Source of the DNA: Candidatus Zhuqueibacterota bacterium
GTDB taxonomy: Bacteria > Zhuqueibacterota > Zhuqueibacteria > Oceanimicrobiales > Oceanimicrobiaceae
Direction: 5' to 3'
Assembly (NCBI GenBank): GCA_029262035.1
Contig: JAJDAE010000193.1
Coordinates: 6,115 to 70,114, forward strand
DNA length: 64,000 nucleotides
Each line of letters opens with the position of its first letter. Positions within the stretch are counted from its first letter, which is position 1. The translations under genes were made by a program, and so were the position numbers. The notes beneath the pieces were generated by a model. That model saw only the letters and a program-made list of their open reading frames with translations, searched no databases and had not been told where the DNA came from. Shown piece by piece: positions 10,407 to 21,000 of the stretch.

Positions 10407-10434
10407 TTGACAATTGGCTTTTAATTTATATATT
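10407..10434 (+). promoter_or_regulatory. Sigma70-like promoter candidate for the tRNA/rpmG cluster
   Basis: TTGACA (10407-10412), 16-nt spacer, TATATT (10429-10434; TATTAT two nt further is an alternative), about 70 nt upstream of the first tRNA. Confidence 0.5.
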
Positions 10435-10503
10435 ATAAGGCTGTATTTTAGCAGAAGGTGCCTTAGCATTGACCAAGCAATTGTTTGATTTTTGAAACAT
10501 TGT

Positions 10504-10576
10504 GCCACCATAGCTCAGCTGGTAGAGCACCTCACTTGTAATGAGGTGGTCGCGGGTTCGATCCCTGCTGGTGGCT
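10504..10576 (+). tRNA. tRNA-Thr (anticodon UGU)
   Basis: Hand-folded cloverleaf: acceptor GCCACCA/TGGTGGC, anticodon arm CCTCA-CTTGTAA-TGAGG, T-arm GCGGG-TTCGATC-CCTGC; CCA not encoded. Confidence 0.93.
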
Positions 10577-10587
10577 CTTTTTATTTT

Positions 10588-10669
10588 GGAGGGGTACCCG
10601 AGTGGTCAAAGGGAACAGACTGTAAATCTGTCGGCTCAGCCTTCGGAGGTTCGAATCCTCCCCTCTCCA
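10588..10669 (+). tRNA. tRNA-Tyr (anticodon GUA)
   Basis: Acceptor GGAGGGG/CCTCTCC (one G-U), anticodon arm ACAGA-CTGTAAA-TCTGT, long variable arm, T-arm GGAGG-TTCGAAT-CCTCC. Confidence 0.92.
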
Positions 10670-10721
10670 CAGGGTGTTTTATGAGTGGGAAGTATCCTGA
10701 AGTTTAGGTGCGAAATTTTTA

Positions 10722-10794
10722 GCGGGAGTAACTCAATTGGTAGAGTCACAGCCTTCCAAGCTGTTGGTCGCGGGTTCGAGTCCCGTCTCCCGCT
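10722..10794 (+). tRNA. tRNA-Gly (anticodon UCC)
   Basis: Acceptor GCGGGAG/CTCCCGC, anticodon arm ACAGC-CTTCCAA-GCTGT, T-arm GCGGG-TTCGAGT-CCCGT. Confidence 0.93.
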
Positions 10795-10806
10795 CATTTT
10801 TATTTT

Positions 10807-10879
<73 letters not shown>

Positions 10880-10917
10880 CTCAATAATTTTATTAAGCAA
10901 GTTTTCGAGGAAAAGAG

Positions 10918-11067
10918 ATGCGTGTCTTGGTGATTTTAGAGTGTACAGATTGTAAGAATCGTAACTATACAACTAATAAAAATAAGTCATTGCATTCAGG
11001 CCGGGTTGAGTTTAAGAAATATTGCTCAACTTGTAATAAGCATACTGCTCATAAAGAAACAAGATAG
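10918..11067 (+). CDS. rpmG: 50S ribosomal protein L33 (bL33, zinc-ribbon type)
   Basis: 49-aa ORF missed by the ORF track: [49 protein letters not shown]; CxxC...CxxC; GAGG RBS region upstream. Confidence 0.93.
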   Translation: MRVLVILECTDCKNRNYTTNKNKSLHSGRVEFKKYCSTCNKHTAHKETR

Positions 11068-11079
11068 TAGTAAATAAAT

Positions 11080-11152
11080 AGGTGAGTAGCTCAACTGGCA
11101 GAGCGCTGGTCTCCAAAACCAGAGGTTGCGGGTTCAATTCCTGCCTCACCTG
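11080..11152 (+). tRNA. tRNA-Trp (anticodon CCA)
   Basis: Acceptor AGGTGAG/CTCACCT, anticodon arm CTGGT-CTCCAAA-ACCAG, T-arm GCGGG-TTCAATT-CCTGC; canonical position before secE. Confidence 0.93.
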
Positions 11153-11194
11153 CTAATAAATGTCATTATAATTTAAGAAAAGCAGAGAATTATT

Positions 11195-11383
11195 ATGAGT
11201 CTTTTAACGAAACCGACAAAGTTTTTCTCAGATGTGGGAGTGGAAATGGCTAAAGTGAGTTGGCCAACTTACGATGATTTGAAAAGTTCAACGATTATCG
11301 TTATAGTTCTTTCTTTATTATTTGTCGTATTTATATTTTCTACAGATTGGCTTTTAACTAAAACTCTTAAATTGATCTTTTAG
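11195..11383 (+). CDS. secE: Preprotein translocase subunit SecE
   Basis: 62 aa, ...FFSDVGVEMAKVSWPT... then a single TM; between tRNA-Trp and nusG. Confidence 0.9.
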   Translation: MSLLTKPTKFFSDVGVEMAKVSWPTYDDLKSSTIIVIVLSLLFVVFIFSTDWLLTKTLKLIF

Positions 11384-11390
11384 GTGTTGT

Positions 11391-11933
11391 GTGAGTGAGC
11401 TTGAAAAAAAATGGTATGCCATTCATGTCCTTTCCGGGCATGAAAAGAAGGTTAAGGCTTATTTAGAGAACGAGATTGCGCATGCTGGTTTGGATGAAAA
11501 GATAACTGAAATCCTCATTCCTGCTGAAGAAGTTACAGAAATGAAGGAAGGCAAGCGTCGCGTAAAGAATAAAGTGTTTTTCCCTGGCTACATGTTAGTT
11601 GAGATGGTATTGGATAAGTCAACTCAACACATCGTCCTTGAAACGCCTGGGATAACAAATTTCGTGGGGCCAAAAAATATGCCTCAGGCGCTTCGGCAAG
11701 ATGAAATAGACCGAATCTTGGGACGTGTTGAAGAGAGTGTTGGGAAGGAAGTTTTAGATGTTCCCTTTGAGGTTGGTGATCCTATAAGAGTGAACGATGG
11801 TCCTTTTACGGATTTTACAGGTTTTGTTGAAGATATAAATAAAGAAAAGAAAAAAGTTAAGGTTATGGTAAGTATTTTTGGCCGTTCAACCCCTGTTGAA
11901 TTAGATTTTTTGCAAGTTGAACTGGAAAAATAG
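11391..11933 (+). CDS. nusG: Transcription termination/antitermination factor NusG
   Basis: NGN domain KKWYAIHVLSGHEKKV..., KOW GDPIRVNDGPFTDFTGFVEDI; GTG start. Confidence 0.95.
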   Translation: MSELEKKWYAIHVLSGHEKKVKAYLENEIAHAGLDEKITEILIPAEEVTEMKEGKRRVKNKVFFPGYMLVEMVLDKSTQHIVLETPGITNFVGPKNMPQALRQDEIDRILGRVEESVGKEVLDVPFEVGDPIRVNDGPFTDFTGFVEDINKEKKKVKVMVSIFGRSTPVELDFLQVELEK

Positions 11934-11954
11934 CCCGAAAGGAGATTTGATTTA

Positions 11955-12377
11955 ATGGCCAAGAAAGTAATGTCAACAATTAAGTTGCAAATTCCCGCAG
12001 GTGCGGCTAACCCCTCGCCTCCAGTAGGTCCTGCCTTAGGCCAGGCCGGTGTAAATATTATGGAGTTCTGTAAGAATTTTAATGCGAAGACCCAAGATAA
12101 GCAAGGTTTAATTATTCCTGTTGTAATTACGGTTTATGCTGATCGTTCGTTTACGTTCATCACAAAATCTCCGCCTGCTGCCGTTTTGCTCAAAAAAGCT
12201 GCTGGACTGGAAAAAGGTTCTGGTGAACCTAATCGCAATAAAGTAGGAACAGTTACCAAAGATCAGTTGAAAGAAATAGCTGAAGTGAAAAAAGAAGATT
12301 TAAACGCAAATGATGTTGAAGCGGCTATGCTGATGATAGCAGGTACAGCAAGAAGTATGGGACTTGTTGTTGAATAA
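11955..12377 (+). CDS. rplK: 50S ribosomal protein L11
   Basis: ...[35 protein letters not shown]... conserved uL11 block. Confidence 0.97.
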   Translation: MAKKVMSTIKLQIPAGAANPSPPVGPALGQAGVNIMEFCKNFNAKTQDKQGLIIPVVITVYADRSFTFITKSPPAAVLLKKAAGLEKGSGEPNRNKVGTVTKDQLKEIAEVKKEDLNANDVEAAMLMIAGTARSMGLVVE

Positions 12378-12396
12378 ATTGTACAGGAATTAGGAA

Positions 12397-13098
12397 ATGA
12401 AAAAAGGTAAAAGATATACAAAAGCAATTTCATTAATCGAGGCTGGTAAAGATTATAGCTTGGATGAAGCTGTTGAGTTGATAAAAAAAACGGCCGAAGC
12501 CAAGTTTGATGAATCTATTGAAGTTGCCGTGAACTTGGGCGTTGACCCACGAAAGGCTGACCAAATTGTTAGAGGTACTGTAAGCCTGCCGCATGGTATT
12601 GGGAAAACTGTACGAGTGTGCGTGTTAACCAAAGGTTCTAAAGAGGCTGAGGCAAAAGAAAAAGGCGCAGACTTTGTTGGTTTCGAGGATTTGATTGAAA
12701 AAATTAAAGGTGGCTGGTTGGACTTCGATGTAATCGTAGCAACACCAGATGCTATGGGGGAAGTTGGTAAGCTTGGTAGAGTATTGGGTCCGAGGGGTTT
12801 AATGCCTAACCCTAAAAGCGGTACTGTTACCCCGAATGTTGGAAAAGCAGTTGAAGAGCTGAAAGCCGGAAAAATTGAGTTTCGTGTAGATAAAAATGGT
12901 ATTTTGCACGTTTCTGTAGGCAAGTCATCTTTTGATGCGGTTAAAATCAGAGAAAATATTGTAGCATTTTTGGAAACAGTTGTTCGATTAAAACCATCGG
13001 CATCAAAGGGTCAGTATGTTCAGGCAGTGGTTCTGTCAAATACGATGGGACCTGCTATTCGACTGGATAGAGCGATCTTGTTGAGTGAAATTAGTTAA
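12397..13098 (+). CDS. rplA: 50S ribosomal protein L1
   Basis: ...[35 protein letters not shown]... conserved uL1; follows rplK. Confidence 0.97.
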   Translation: MKKGKRYTKAISLIEAGKDYSLDEAVELIKKTAEAKFDESIEVAVNLGVDPRKADQIVRGTVSLPHGIGKTVRVCVLTKGSKEAEAKEKGADFVGFEDLIEKIKGGWLDFDVIVATPDAMGEVGKLGRVLGPRGLMPNPKSGTVTPNVGKAVEELKAGKIEFRVDKNGILHVSVGKSSFDAVKIRENIVAFLETVVRLKPSASKGQYVQAVVLSNTMGPAIRLDRAILLSEIS

Positions 13099-13121
13099 CT
13101 AATAAAATTTGGGAATATGTA

Positions 13122-13646
13122 ATGCCTACTGCAGAAAAAGAAGCAGCTGTAGAAAGAATATCAAAACAATTGTCCGAGTCAAAAAGTGTTTATCTGACAG
13201 ATTTCACCGGACTAAATGTTGAGGAAATTACTAAGCTTCGTAGAGCGTTTTCCGGCGCACAGGTGGAGTACCGGGTTGTTAAAAATACTTTGGCAAAACT
13301 CTCTGCAAAAGAGGCTGGCTGTGAAGATATTATAGAACATTTGAGCGGGCCCGTGGCCATGGCTTTTGGAGTGGATGATCCTGTAGCTCCCGCAAAAGTG
13401 ATTAAAGAGTTTTCAAAGAAAAATGATAAGTTGAAGCTTAAAGCTTGTCTTTTTGAAGGCGTTCTGTTTGGTGAAGATAAACTAGACCAAATTGCAAACT
13501 TGCCCACAAGAGATGAGATTTTATCTAAAGTTTGTAATGTGTTAAATGCGCCTATATCTAATTTGGCGTTTTCATTAAATGGTGTTTTAAGCAAACTTGT
13601 TTATGCTATGAATGCTGTTAAAGAACAAAAAGAAAATCAAAGTTAG
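13122..13646 (+). CDS. rplJ: 50S ribosomal protein L10
   Basis: 174 aa; ...YLTDFTGLNVEEITKLRRAF...VEYRVVKNTLAK...; position rplA-rplJ-rplL. Confidence 0.95.
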   Translation: MPTAEKEAAVERISKQLSESKSVYLTDFTGLNVEEITKLRRAFSGAQVEYRVVKNTLAKLSAKEAGCEDIIEHLSGPVAMAFGVDDPVAPAKVIKEFSKKNDKLKLKACLFEGVLFGEDKLDQIANLPTRDEILSKVCNVLNAPISNLAFSLNGVLSKLVYAMNAVKEQKENQS

Positions 13647-13694
13647 TTAAGTAATTTATTAATTTATTTATATCTCTATTTTGGGAGGCTTAAG

Positions 13695-14129
13695 ATGGCA
13701 GAAGCTAAAGCAGTTGAAGAGAAAGCTGCAAAAAAAACAAAGTCTGGTAATGGTGTTGATTCATTGCTGACTTCAATAGAAAAAATGACTGTGTTGGAAT
13801 TATCTGAGTTGGTATCAGCAATTGAAGATCGTTTTGGTGTTTCAGCCCAAGCGCCGGTAGCAGCAGTAGCAGTTGCTCCAGCTGGTGGTGGTGCAGGTGC
13901 AGAAGCGGCTGAAGAACAAACTGAATTTAATGTAGTTCTTACCGGAATTGGTGATAAAAAGATACAAGTTATTAAGGTCGTTCGTACAATAACTAGCCTT
14001 GGGTTAAAAGAAGCTAAAGATTTAGTAGATTCAGCGCCTCAACCAGTTAAAGAAGGTGTGGCAAAGGGAGAAGCTGAAGAGATTAAGAAGCAATTGGAAG
14101 AGGTTGGAGCTTCTGTAGAAATCAAATAG
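13695..14129 (+). CDS. rplL: 50S ribosomal protein L7/L12 (with ~18-aa N-terminal extension)
   Basis: ...[19 protein letters not shown]..., Ala/Gly hinge, ...[21 protein letters not shown]...; GGGAGG 6 nt upstream of ATG 13695. Confidence 0.95.
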   Translation: MAEAKAVEEKAAKKTKSGNGVDSLLTSIEKMTVLELSELVSAIEDRFGVSAQAPVAAVAVAPAGGGAGAEAAEEQTEFNVVLTGIGDKKIQVIKVVRTITSLGLKEAKDLVDSAPQPVKEGVAKGEAEEIKKQLEEVGASVEIK

Positions 14130-14153
14130 TTTTCTGTAATCTTAAAATTTTAG

Positions 14154-17100
14154 GTGGTATCCTTTATGCAAAATGGTGCAAGGAAGTCCTTCTCTAAGTT
14201 ATTGCAAGTAATTGATCTGCCCGATTTGTTGGATATACAATTAAGGTCTTTTAGAGAGTTTTTACAAGACGATGTTAGACCTGAAAAACGGAAAAACGAT
14301 GGATTGGAATCCGTTTTTACCGGTGTTTTTCCAATTGTAGATAGTCGGGAAAATTTTTGTCTTGAGTTTGTTGAATATTACGTTGAAAAACCAAAGTACG
14401 ATTTGGTCGAGTGTCAGGAAAGAGGTGTAACATACTCGGTTCCGTTAAAAGCGAAGCTTAAACTATCAATAAAGGATGTATTTAGTGATAGTAAGGAGTT
14501 TTCTGATACAATAGAGCAGATCGTATATTTAGGTAACGTGCCGTATATGACAAATCGTGGTACTTTTGTTATTAATGGTGCTGAGCGAATAATTGTCAGT
14601 CAATTGCACCGTTCACCTGGTGTGTTTTTTGATGATTTATTTCATCCTAACGGGACAAAATTATTTTCTGCACGCATAATTCCATTACGTGGTTCATGGG
14701 TTGAATTTACCACTGATATAAATGATGTACTCTATGTTTATATCGATCGGCGTAAGAAATTTCCTGTAACTACTTTGCTGCGGGCTTTAGGTTATTCTTC
14801 AGACAGAGATTTGTTGAGTCTGTTTGGGTTACTTGAAGAAATGGATGTGAAAAGTAAAAAGTTTGCCAAGTCTGTTGGGCGTATTGCCGTCGAAGATGTT
14901 ATAAACGAAGAAACTGGTGAACTTCTTGTAGAAAAGAATACTGAATTGACAGAAGAGTCCATTCAGTTGTTCAAAGATGCAGGTATTGAAAAAATTCTTC
15001 TTCTGCGCAAAGATGGTATGCTGGGACCGGAAGTCATAAGCAATACCTTGAAGAAGGATGCTGCAAGATCGGAGGCCGATGCCCTTGAGGCAATTTATCG
15101 CCATTTGCGTTCTGGTGATGCACCTGATTTGGATACGGCAAGAGGTCTGATTGAAAGGATGTTCTTTAATCCTAAACGATACGATCTCGGTCAAGTTGGA
15201 CGTTATCGTGTCAATAAAAAGCTTGGTCTTGATATCTCAATCGAAACAACTGTTTTAACCAAAGAAGATATCGTTGCAATTATTAGATACCTACTTGAGT
15301 TAAGAGCAGGTAAAAGAGCTTCCGATGATATTGATCATCTCGGAAACCGCAGAATTAAAACTGTTGGTGAGCAATTATCTGCCCAGATGACTCTTGGACT
15401 TTCCAGAATGGCTCGTACGATTAAGGAAAGAATGAATTTGCGTGATAATGAAAACCTGACCCCTCAGGACTTAGTCAATGCGCGTACAATTTTTTCTGTT
15501 ATAAACACATTCTTTGGCACGAGTCAATTATCACAGTTTATGGATCAAACAAATCCTTTGGCAGAGATGACGCATAAACGCCGTCTTTCCGCTTTGGGGC
15601 CAGGTGGTTTAACCAGAGAGCGTGCTGGCTTTGAGGTACGTGATGTGCATTACACTCACTACGGTCGTCTCTGTCCTATCGAAACACCTGAAGGGCCTAA
15701 TATTGGTCTAATTTCATCATTGACAACATTTGCCAGAATTAATGATTTTGGTTTTATTGAAACTCCATATCGAAAAGTTTCAAAAGGCAAAGTGTCTTCT
15801 CAAATCGAGTATCTTTCTGCTGATGATGAAGATCAATTTGTTATTGCTCAGGCCAATGCGCCGATTGATAAAAAAGGCAATTTCATAAATGAGAAGGTAA
15901 AGTCGAGACTTCGTGGAGAATTCCCGATTTTAATTCCGGAAAAAGTTCATTATATGGATGTGTCGCCAACCCAAATTGTTTCTGCTGCTGCCGCGATAAT
16001 TCCGTTTCTGGAACATGATGATGCGAACCGTGCCTTAATGGGTTCGAATATGCAGCGTCAGGCAGTTCCTCTGCTAAGAACAGATTCTCCTATGGTTGGA
16101 ACTGGAATGGAAGCAAAAGTTGCACGTGATTCACGAGCAATGGTTCTTACGGATATCAATGGCGTTGTTGAAAAAGTAAGTGCAAACGAAATTACAATAC
16201 GAAAAGAAAGCAAGTTGTCTAAAGGTGCAAATTCGGTTGAAGCGCTTTCTGACTTTGATGATTCTGAATTTGTGTCCTATCGTTTAACTAAATTTTTACG
16301 AACTAATCAGAACACTTGTATTAATCAACGTGCTATCGTTAAAAACGGCCAGAAAGTTAAATCCGGTGATGTTCTTGCCGATGGTTGCGCTACAGATCAA
16401 GGCGAACTGGCTTTAGGGAAAAATGTGCTGGTAGCATACATGCCTTGGCGTGGTTACAATTTTGAAGATGCTATTGTTCTGTCCGAACGTGTTGCTTCTG
16501 ATGATATTTTTACATCTATTCATATTGAAGAGTTCGATCTGCAAGTGCGTGATACCAAACGTGGTGAAGAAGAATTGACTCGTGAGATTCCCAATGTCAG
16601 TGAGGAAACGACTAAGGATTTAGATGAAAACGGTATTATCCGAGAAGGTGCTGAAGTAAGAGCCGGTGATATTTTGGTTGGGAAAGTTACCCCAAAGGGT
16701 GAAACAGATCCTACCCCGGAAGAGAAACTGCTTAAAGCGATTTTCGGAGAAAAAGCCGGTGACGTAAAAGACGCGTCTCTGAAAGCTCCTCCCGGGATGA
16801 AAGGTGTCGTCATTAACACAAAGCTTTTTACCCGCAAGAAAAAAGATCCTAAAACAAAAAAGCAGGATAAAAAGCGGATTGAAGAAATTGAACTTTGGTA
16901 CACATCGGAGTTATCTCGTGTTGAAAAGTTTAGAGATCACAAACTGGTTGCTGTTTTAACCGATACAAGTTCCGGTACGGTTCGTGATAAAAATACTGGC
17001 CAGATACTACTAAAAGCAAATACTAAACTAACTGAAGACAAACTCAAATCGCTTAATTTTGATGCTATCGAATATGGGGAAGGTCTTTCGGGGGATAGTA

Positions 17101-17978
17101 GTGTAAATGATAAAGTTGCTGCTATTTGGTCGGGATATCAACTTAAATTAAGTGAGCTTGAAGAAGAGTTTGAAAACAGAAAGTTCAAGGTAGAAGTTGG
17201 AGATGAGCTTCCTCCCGGAATTGTTCAGTTAGCTAAGGTTTATGTCGCTAAAAAACGCAAGCTTATGGTTGGCGATAAAATGGCAGGTCGACATGGAAAT
17301 AAAGGTGTTGTATCTAGAATTGTTCCTGTGGAAGATATGCCTTATATGCCGGATGGAACTCCTGTGGATGTTATTTTAAACCCACTTGGGGTACCTTCGA
17401 GAATGAATCTTGGTCAAATATTTGAGACCAATTTGGGGTGGGCAGCAAGTGTTTTAAATAAAAAATATGCCACACCTGTTTTTGACGGCGCAAGCTATGA
17501 TGAAGTGCAAGAAGAAATGAAAGAAGCCAATATTTCTTTAGACGGAAAGTCTGTTTTGTTTGATGGAAGAACTGGCGATCAAATCGATAACCCTGTTACT
17601 GTAGGTTATGTTTATATCCTCAAACTGTCACATCTGGTAGAGGATAAAATTCATGCACGTTCAATTGGACCGTACTCCCTTATTACGCAACAACCGTTGG
17701 GTGGGAAAGCCCAATTTGGTGGGCAACGTTTTGGAGAAATGGAAGTCTGGGCGCTCGAAGCATATGGCGCAGCCCATACATTGCAAGAAATTCTAACTGT
17801 TAAGTCAGATGATGTTCGTGGTAGATCTAAGGTATATGAAGCCATTGTTAAGGGTGATAATTTGCCTGAGCCAGGTTTGCCCGAATCATTTAACGTGCTT
17901 ATTCGTGAACTTCAAGGCCTCGGGTTGGATATTGAGTTAATTGAAGATACCGATCTGAACGGCAACGGAAAGCATTAA
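14154..17978 (+). CDS. rpoB: DNA-directed RNA polymerase subunit beta
   Basis: 1274-aa ORF; blocks ...GTFVINGAERIIVSQLHRSPGV..., ...RLSALGPGGLTRERAGFEVRDVH..., ...GDKMAGRHGNKGVVSRI... Start is GTG 14154 or ATG 14166. Confidence 0.98.
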   Translation: MVSFMQNGARKSFSKLLQVIDLPDLLDIQLRSFREFLQDDVRPEKRKNDGLESVFTGVFPIVDSRENFCLEFVEYYVEKPKYDLVECQERGVTYSVPLKAKLKLSIKDVFSDSKEFSDTIEQIVYLGNVPYMTNRGTFVINGAERIIVSQLHRSPGVFFDDLFHPNGTKLFSARIIPLRGSWVEFTTDINDVLYVYIDRRKKFPVTTLLRALGYSSDRDLLSLFGLLEEMDVKSKKFAKSVGRIAVEDVINEETGELLVEKNTELTEESIQLFKDAGIEKILLLRKDGMLGPEVISNTLKKDAARSEADALEAIYRHLRSGDAPDLDTARGLIERMFFNPKRYDLGQVGRYRVNKKLGLDISIETTVLTKEDIVAIIRYLLELRAGKRASDDIDHLGNRRIKTVGEQLSAQMTLGLSRMARTIKERMNLRDNENLTPQDLVNARTIFSVINTFFGTSQLSQFMDQTNPLAEMTHKRRLSALGPGGLTRERAGFEVRDVHYTHYGRLCPIETPEGPNIGLISSLTTFARINDFGFIETPYRKVSKGKVSSQIEYLSADDEDQFVIAQANAPIDKKGNFINEKVKSRLRGEFPILIPEKVHYMDVSPTQIVSAAAAIIPFLEHDDANRALMGSNMQRQAVPLLRTDSPMVGTGMEAKVARDSRAMVLTDINGVVEKVSANEITIRKESKLSKGANSVEALSDFDDSEFVSYRLTKFLRTNQNTCINQRAIVKNGQKVKSGDVLADGCATDQGELALGKNVLVAYMPWRGYNFEDAIVLSERVASDDIFTSIHIEEFDLQVRDTKRGEEELTREIPNVSEETTKDLDENGIIREGAEVRAGDILVGKVTPKGETDPTPEEKLLKAIFGEKAGDVKDASLKAPPGMKGVVINTKLFTRKKKDPKTKKQDKKRIEEIELWYTSELSRVEKFRDHKLVAVLTDTSSGTVRDKNTGQILLKANTKLTEDKLKSLNFDAIEYGEGLSGDSSVNDKVAAIWSGYQLKLSELEEEFENRKFKVEVGDELPPGIVQLAKVYVAKKRKLMVGDKMAGRHGNKGVVSRIVPVEDMPYMPDGTPVDVILNPLGVPSRMNLGQIFETNLGWAASVLNKKYATPVFDGASYDEVQEEMKEANISLDGKSVLFDGRTGDQIDNPVTVGYVYILKLSHLVEDKIHARSIGPYSLITQQPLGGKAQFGGQRFGEMEVWALEAYGAAHTLQEILTVKSDDVRGRSKVYEAIVKGDNLPEPGLPESFNVLIRELQGLGLDIELIEDTDLNGNGKH

Positions 17979-18032
17979 TAGTTGTTAATTCAAAATATAT
18001 TTAGTCACCAATCTCTAAGTGGGAGGTAGACT

Positions 18033-21000
18033 TTGAGCTATTTCAGTAGACAAGAGTCTTCGGTAAAAAAGTCATTTAGTAAGATTTCTATTAGTCTTTC
18101 TTCATCAGATAAGATCCTAGAAAGATCTTATGGTGAAGTAACAAAACCTGAAACTATAAATTATCGCTCTTTCAAGCCGGAAAAAGATGGTTTGTTTTGC
18201 GAAAAAATCTTTGGGCCGGTTCGTGATTGGGAATGCCATTGCGGCAAATACAAAAGAATTCGGTACAAGGGCATCATTTGCGATCGCTGTGGCGTTGAAG
18301 TTACAACCAAAAGTGTTCGTCGCGAAAGAATGGGGCATATCTCATTAGCTGTGCCTGTTGTCCATATTTGGTTTTGGAAATCTCTGCCTTCCAAAATTGG
18401 ATATATTTTTGGCATGAGTGCTAAAGAGTTGGAACGGGTGATTTACTACGAATCTTATATAGTCATTGAACCTGGTAATACCGGCCTTGAGCAAAAAGAT
18501 TTAATTACTGAAGAAGAATATTTCCAAATTATGGCCAATGGTGATGAGCCTTCAGTTGATGAAGAAACCGGGGAAGAAGTGCCTAAGTTTTTGGCTAAGA
18601 TCGGTGGCGAAGCAATCATTGATCTCTTAAAAAGAACAGATATTCATGCTGTCTCTGTCGATTTGCGTCGTAAAGTAAAAGAGGAAAAATCTGTTCAAAG
18701 AAAAACAGACGCTTTAAAAAGGCTGAGAGTCGTTGAATCTTTCAAGAAAAGTTCAAATCGACCTGAATGGATGGTACTTTCTGTCATTCCTGTGATTCCG
18801 CCAGAGTTAAGGCCTTTGGTGCCTTTAGAAGGTGGTCGTTTTGCAACCAGTGATTTAAACGATCTTTATCGTCGCGTTATTATTCGTAATAACCGGCTTA
18901 AAAAATTGATGGAAATAAAAGCACCTGAAGTCATTTTACGTAATGAAAAACGGATGCTTCAGGAAGCAGTTGACGCTTTATTTGATAATGGCAGGAAGTC
19001 AGCAGCTGTGCGTGGTGATGGTAATCGTCCTTTGAAATCACTTTCCGACATGTTGCGTGGTAAGCAAGGTCGTTTTAGACAAAACCTTCTCGGAAAACGT
19101 ATTGATTATTCCGGTCGTTCGGTAATTGTTGTAGGCCCCGAATTAAAACTCCATCAGTGTGGGTTGCCTAAAGATATGGCGCTTGAACTTTTCAAGCCTT
19201 TTGTAATTCGGAAATTAGTTGAGCGTGGCCTTGTTAAAACCGTTAAAAGTGCCAAGAAGCTTGTTGATAGAAGAGGTGCAGAAGTCTGGGATATTTTGGA
19301 AGAAATTATTGATGGCCATCCGGTTCTTTTAAACCGTGCTCCTACTTTGCATCGGCTTGGAATTCAGGCTTTTCAACCTATCTTAATTGAAGGTAAGGCC
19401 ATTCAGGTGCATCCGCTCGTCTGTGCAGCGTTTAATGCAGATTTTGATGGCGATCAAATGGCTGTTCATGTTCCGCTATCTTACTATGCACAAGCAGAGA
19501 CAAGATTGTTAATGCTGGCAAGTCATAATATTTTATCCCCTGCGAGTGGCCGTCCATTAGCTATCCCAAGCCAGGACATTGTACTGGGTATTTATTATAT
19601 GACAAAAGCTAAATCCGGAGAGCTTGGAGAGGGAACCATATTTTCTTCAACGGATGAAGCATTAATCGCCTATAACGACAATAAAGCTGCTCTTCATGCA
19701 AAAGTGACAGTCCGGATCAATGGAAAGCGCATTGAAACTACTATTGGTCGCGTTGTCCTCAACGAAGTTTTACCTGATCAAATTGATTTTATAAATGAAC
19801 TTCTAACCAAAAGACGTTTAGAAGATATTATCGCTGACGTATATAAGGCCCTTGGTAATCAAAAAACAGCTTATTTTCTTGATAATCTGAAAGAACTCGG
19901 GTTTAATTATGCAATGCGTTCCGGCGCAACAGTTGGTATTGAAGATGTTCGTATACCTAAAGAGAAAGCTACACTTATTGCCACAGCTACAAAGAATGTT
20001 GCTACCATTCAAAATCAGTATGAGAACGGAGTGATTACTGACGGAGAACGGTATAACAAAATTATCGATATCTGGACACATACAACAAGTGATGTTGCGG
20101 AAAAACTTTTTTCACATTTACAAAATGAAAATGAAGGTTTTAACCCAATTTATATGATGGCCGATTCCGGAGCCCGTGGTTCAAAAGAGCAGATTCGACA
20201 ATTAGCGGGAATGCGTGGATTAATGGCGAAACCTCAGAAGAAGATGACTGGACAGATGGGTGAAATCATTGAAAATCCAATTACTGCTAATTTTAGAGAG
20301 GGTCTCTCTGTACTTGAGTACTTTATCTCTACTCATGGTGCACGTAAAGGGTTGGCCGATACAGCGTTGAAAACCGCCGATGCAGGGTATCTTACCAGAA
20401 GATTGGTTGATGTTGCTCAGGATATTATTATTAATGAATATGATTGTAATACAATTTTGGGTATTAGAATCAGCGATCTTAAAGAAGGTGAAGAAATTAT
20501 TGAGCCACTTCGGGATCGTATTTTGGGTCGTGTGGCAGCAGAAGATGTTTTTGATCTTGAGTCACAGGATGTTATTGTGGAAGCCAATACTTTGATTGAT
20601 GAAGAAATGGCGGATAAGATTTCAAACAGTGGAATTGAATCAGTGAGAATCCGTTCTGTTTTAACCTGTGAATCAAAGCGCGGTACTTGTGTACTTTGTT
20701 ATGGTCGTAACCTTGCAACCGGCAACCCTGTTGAAAATGGTGAGGCGGTAGGCGTTATGGCGGCACAATCTATTGGCGAGCCAGGTACTCAGCTTACTTT
20801 ACGTACCTTTCATATTGGTGGTACTGCTTCTCGCATTGCAGCACAATCGCAAGCTGAAGCAAAACAGGGGGGTACAGTTCGGTTTACCAACATAAAGACC
20901 GTAACTCAAGCAGATGGTTCTGTAATTACGGTTGGGCGAAACGGTAAACTAGAAGTTATTGATGATAATAACCGTATGGTTGCACATTATATTGTGCCTT

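Noticed and set aside
10492-10707. 71-aa ORF in the ORF track
   Set aside because: It is entirely made of tRNA-Thr and tRNA-Tyr sequence. The cloverleaf folds explain the region, and there is no RBS.
12453-12923. 156-aa antisense ORF within rplA; similar long antisense ORFs exist at 16520-16903, 26005-26382, 31788-32189, 42136-42558 and 56346-56693
   Set aside because: These are shadow ORFs opposite strongly conserved genes. They have low-complexity Ser/Thr/Pro-rich translations, no RBS and no recognisable domains.
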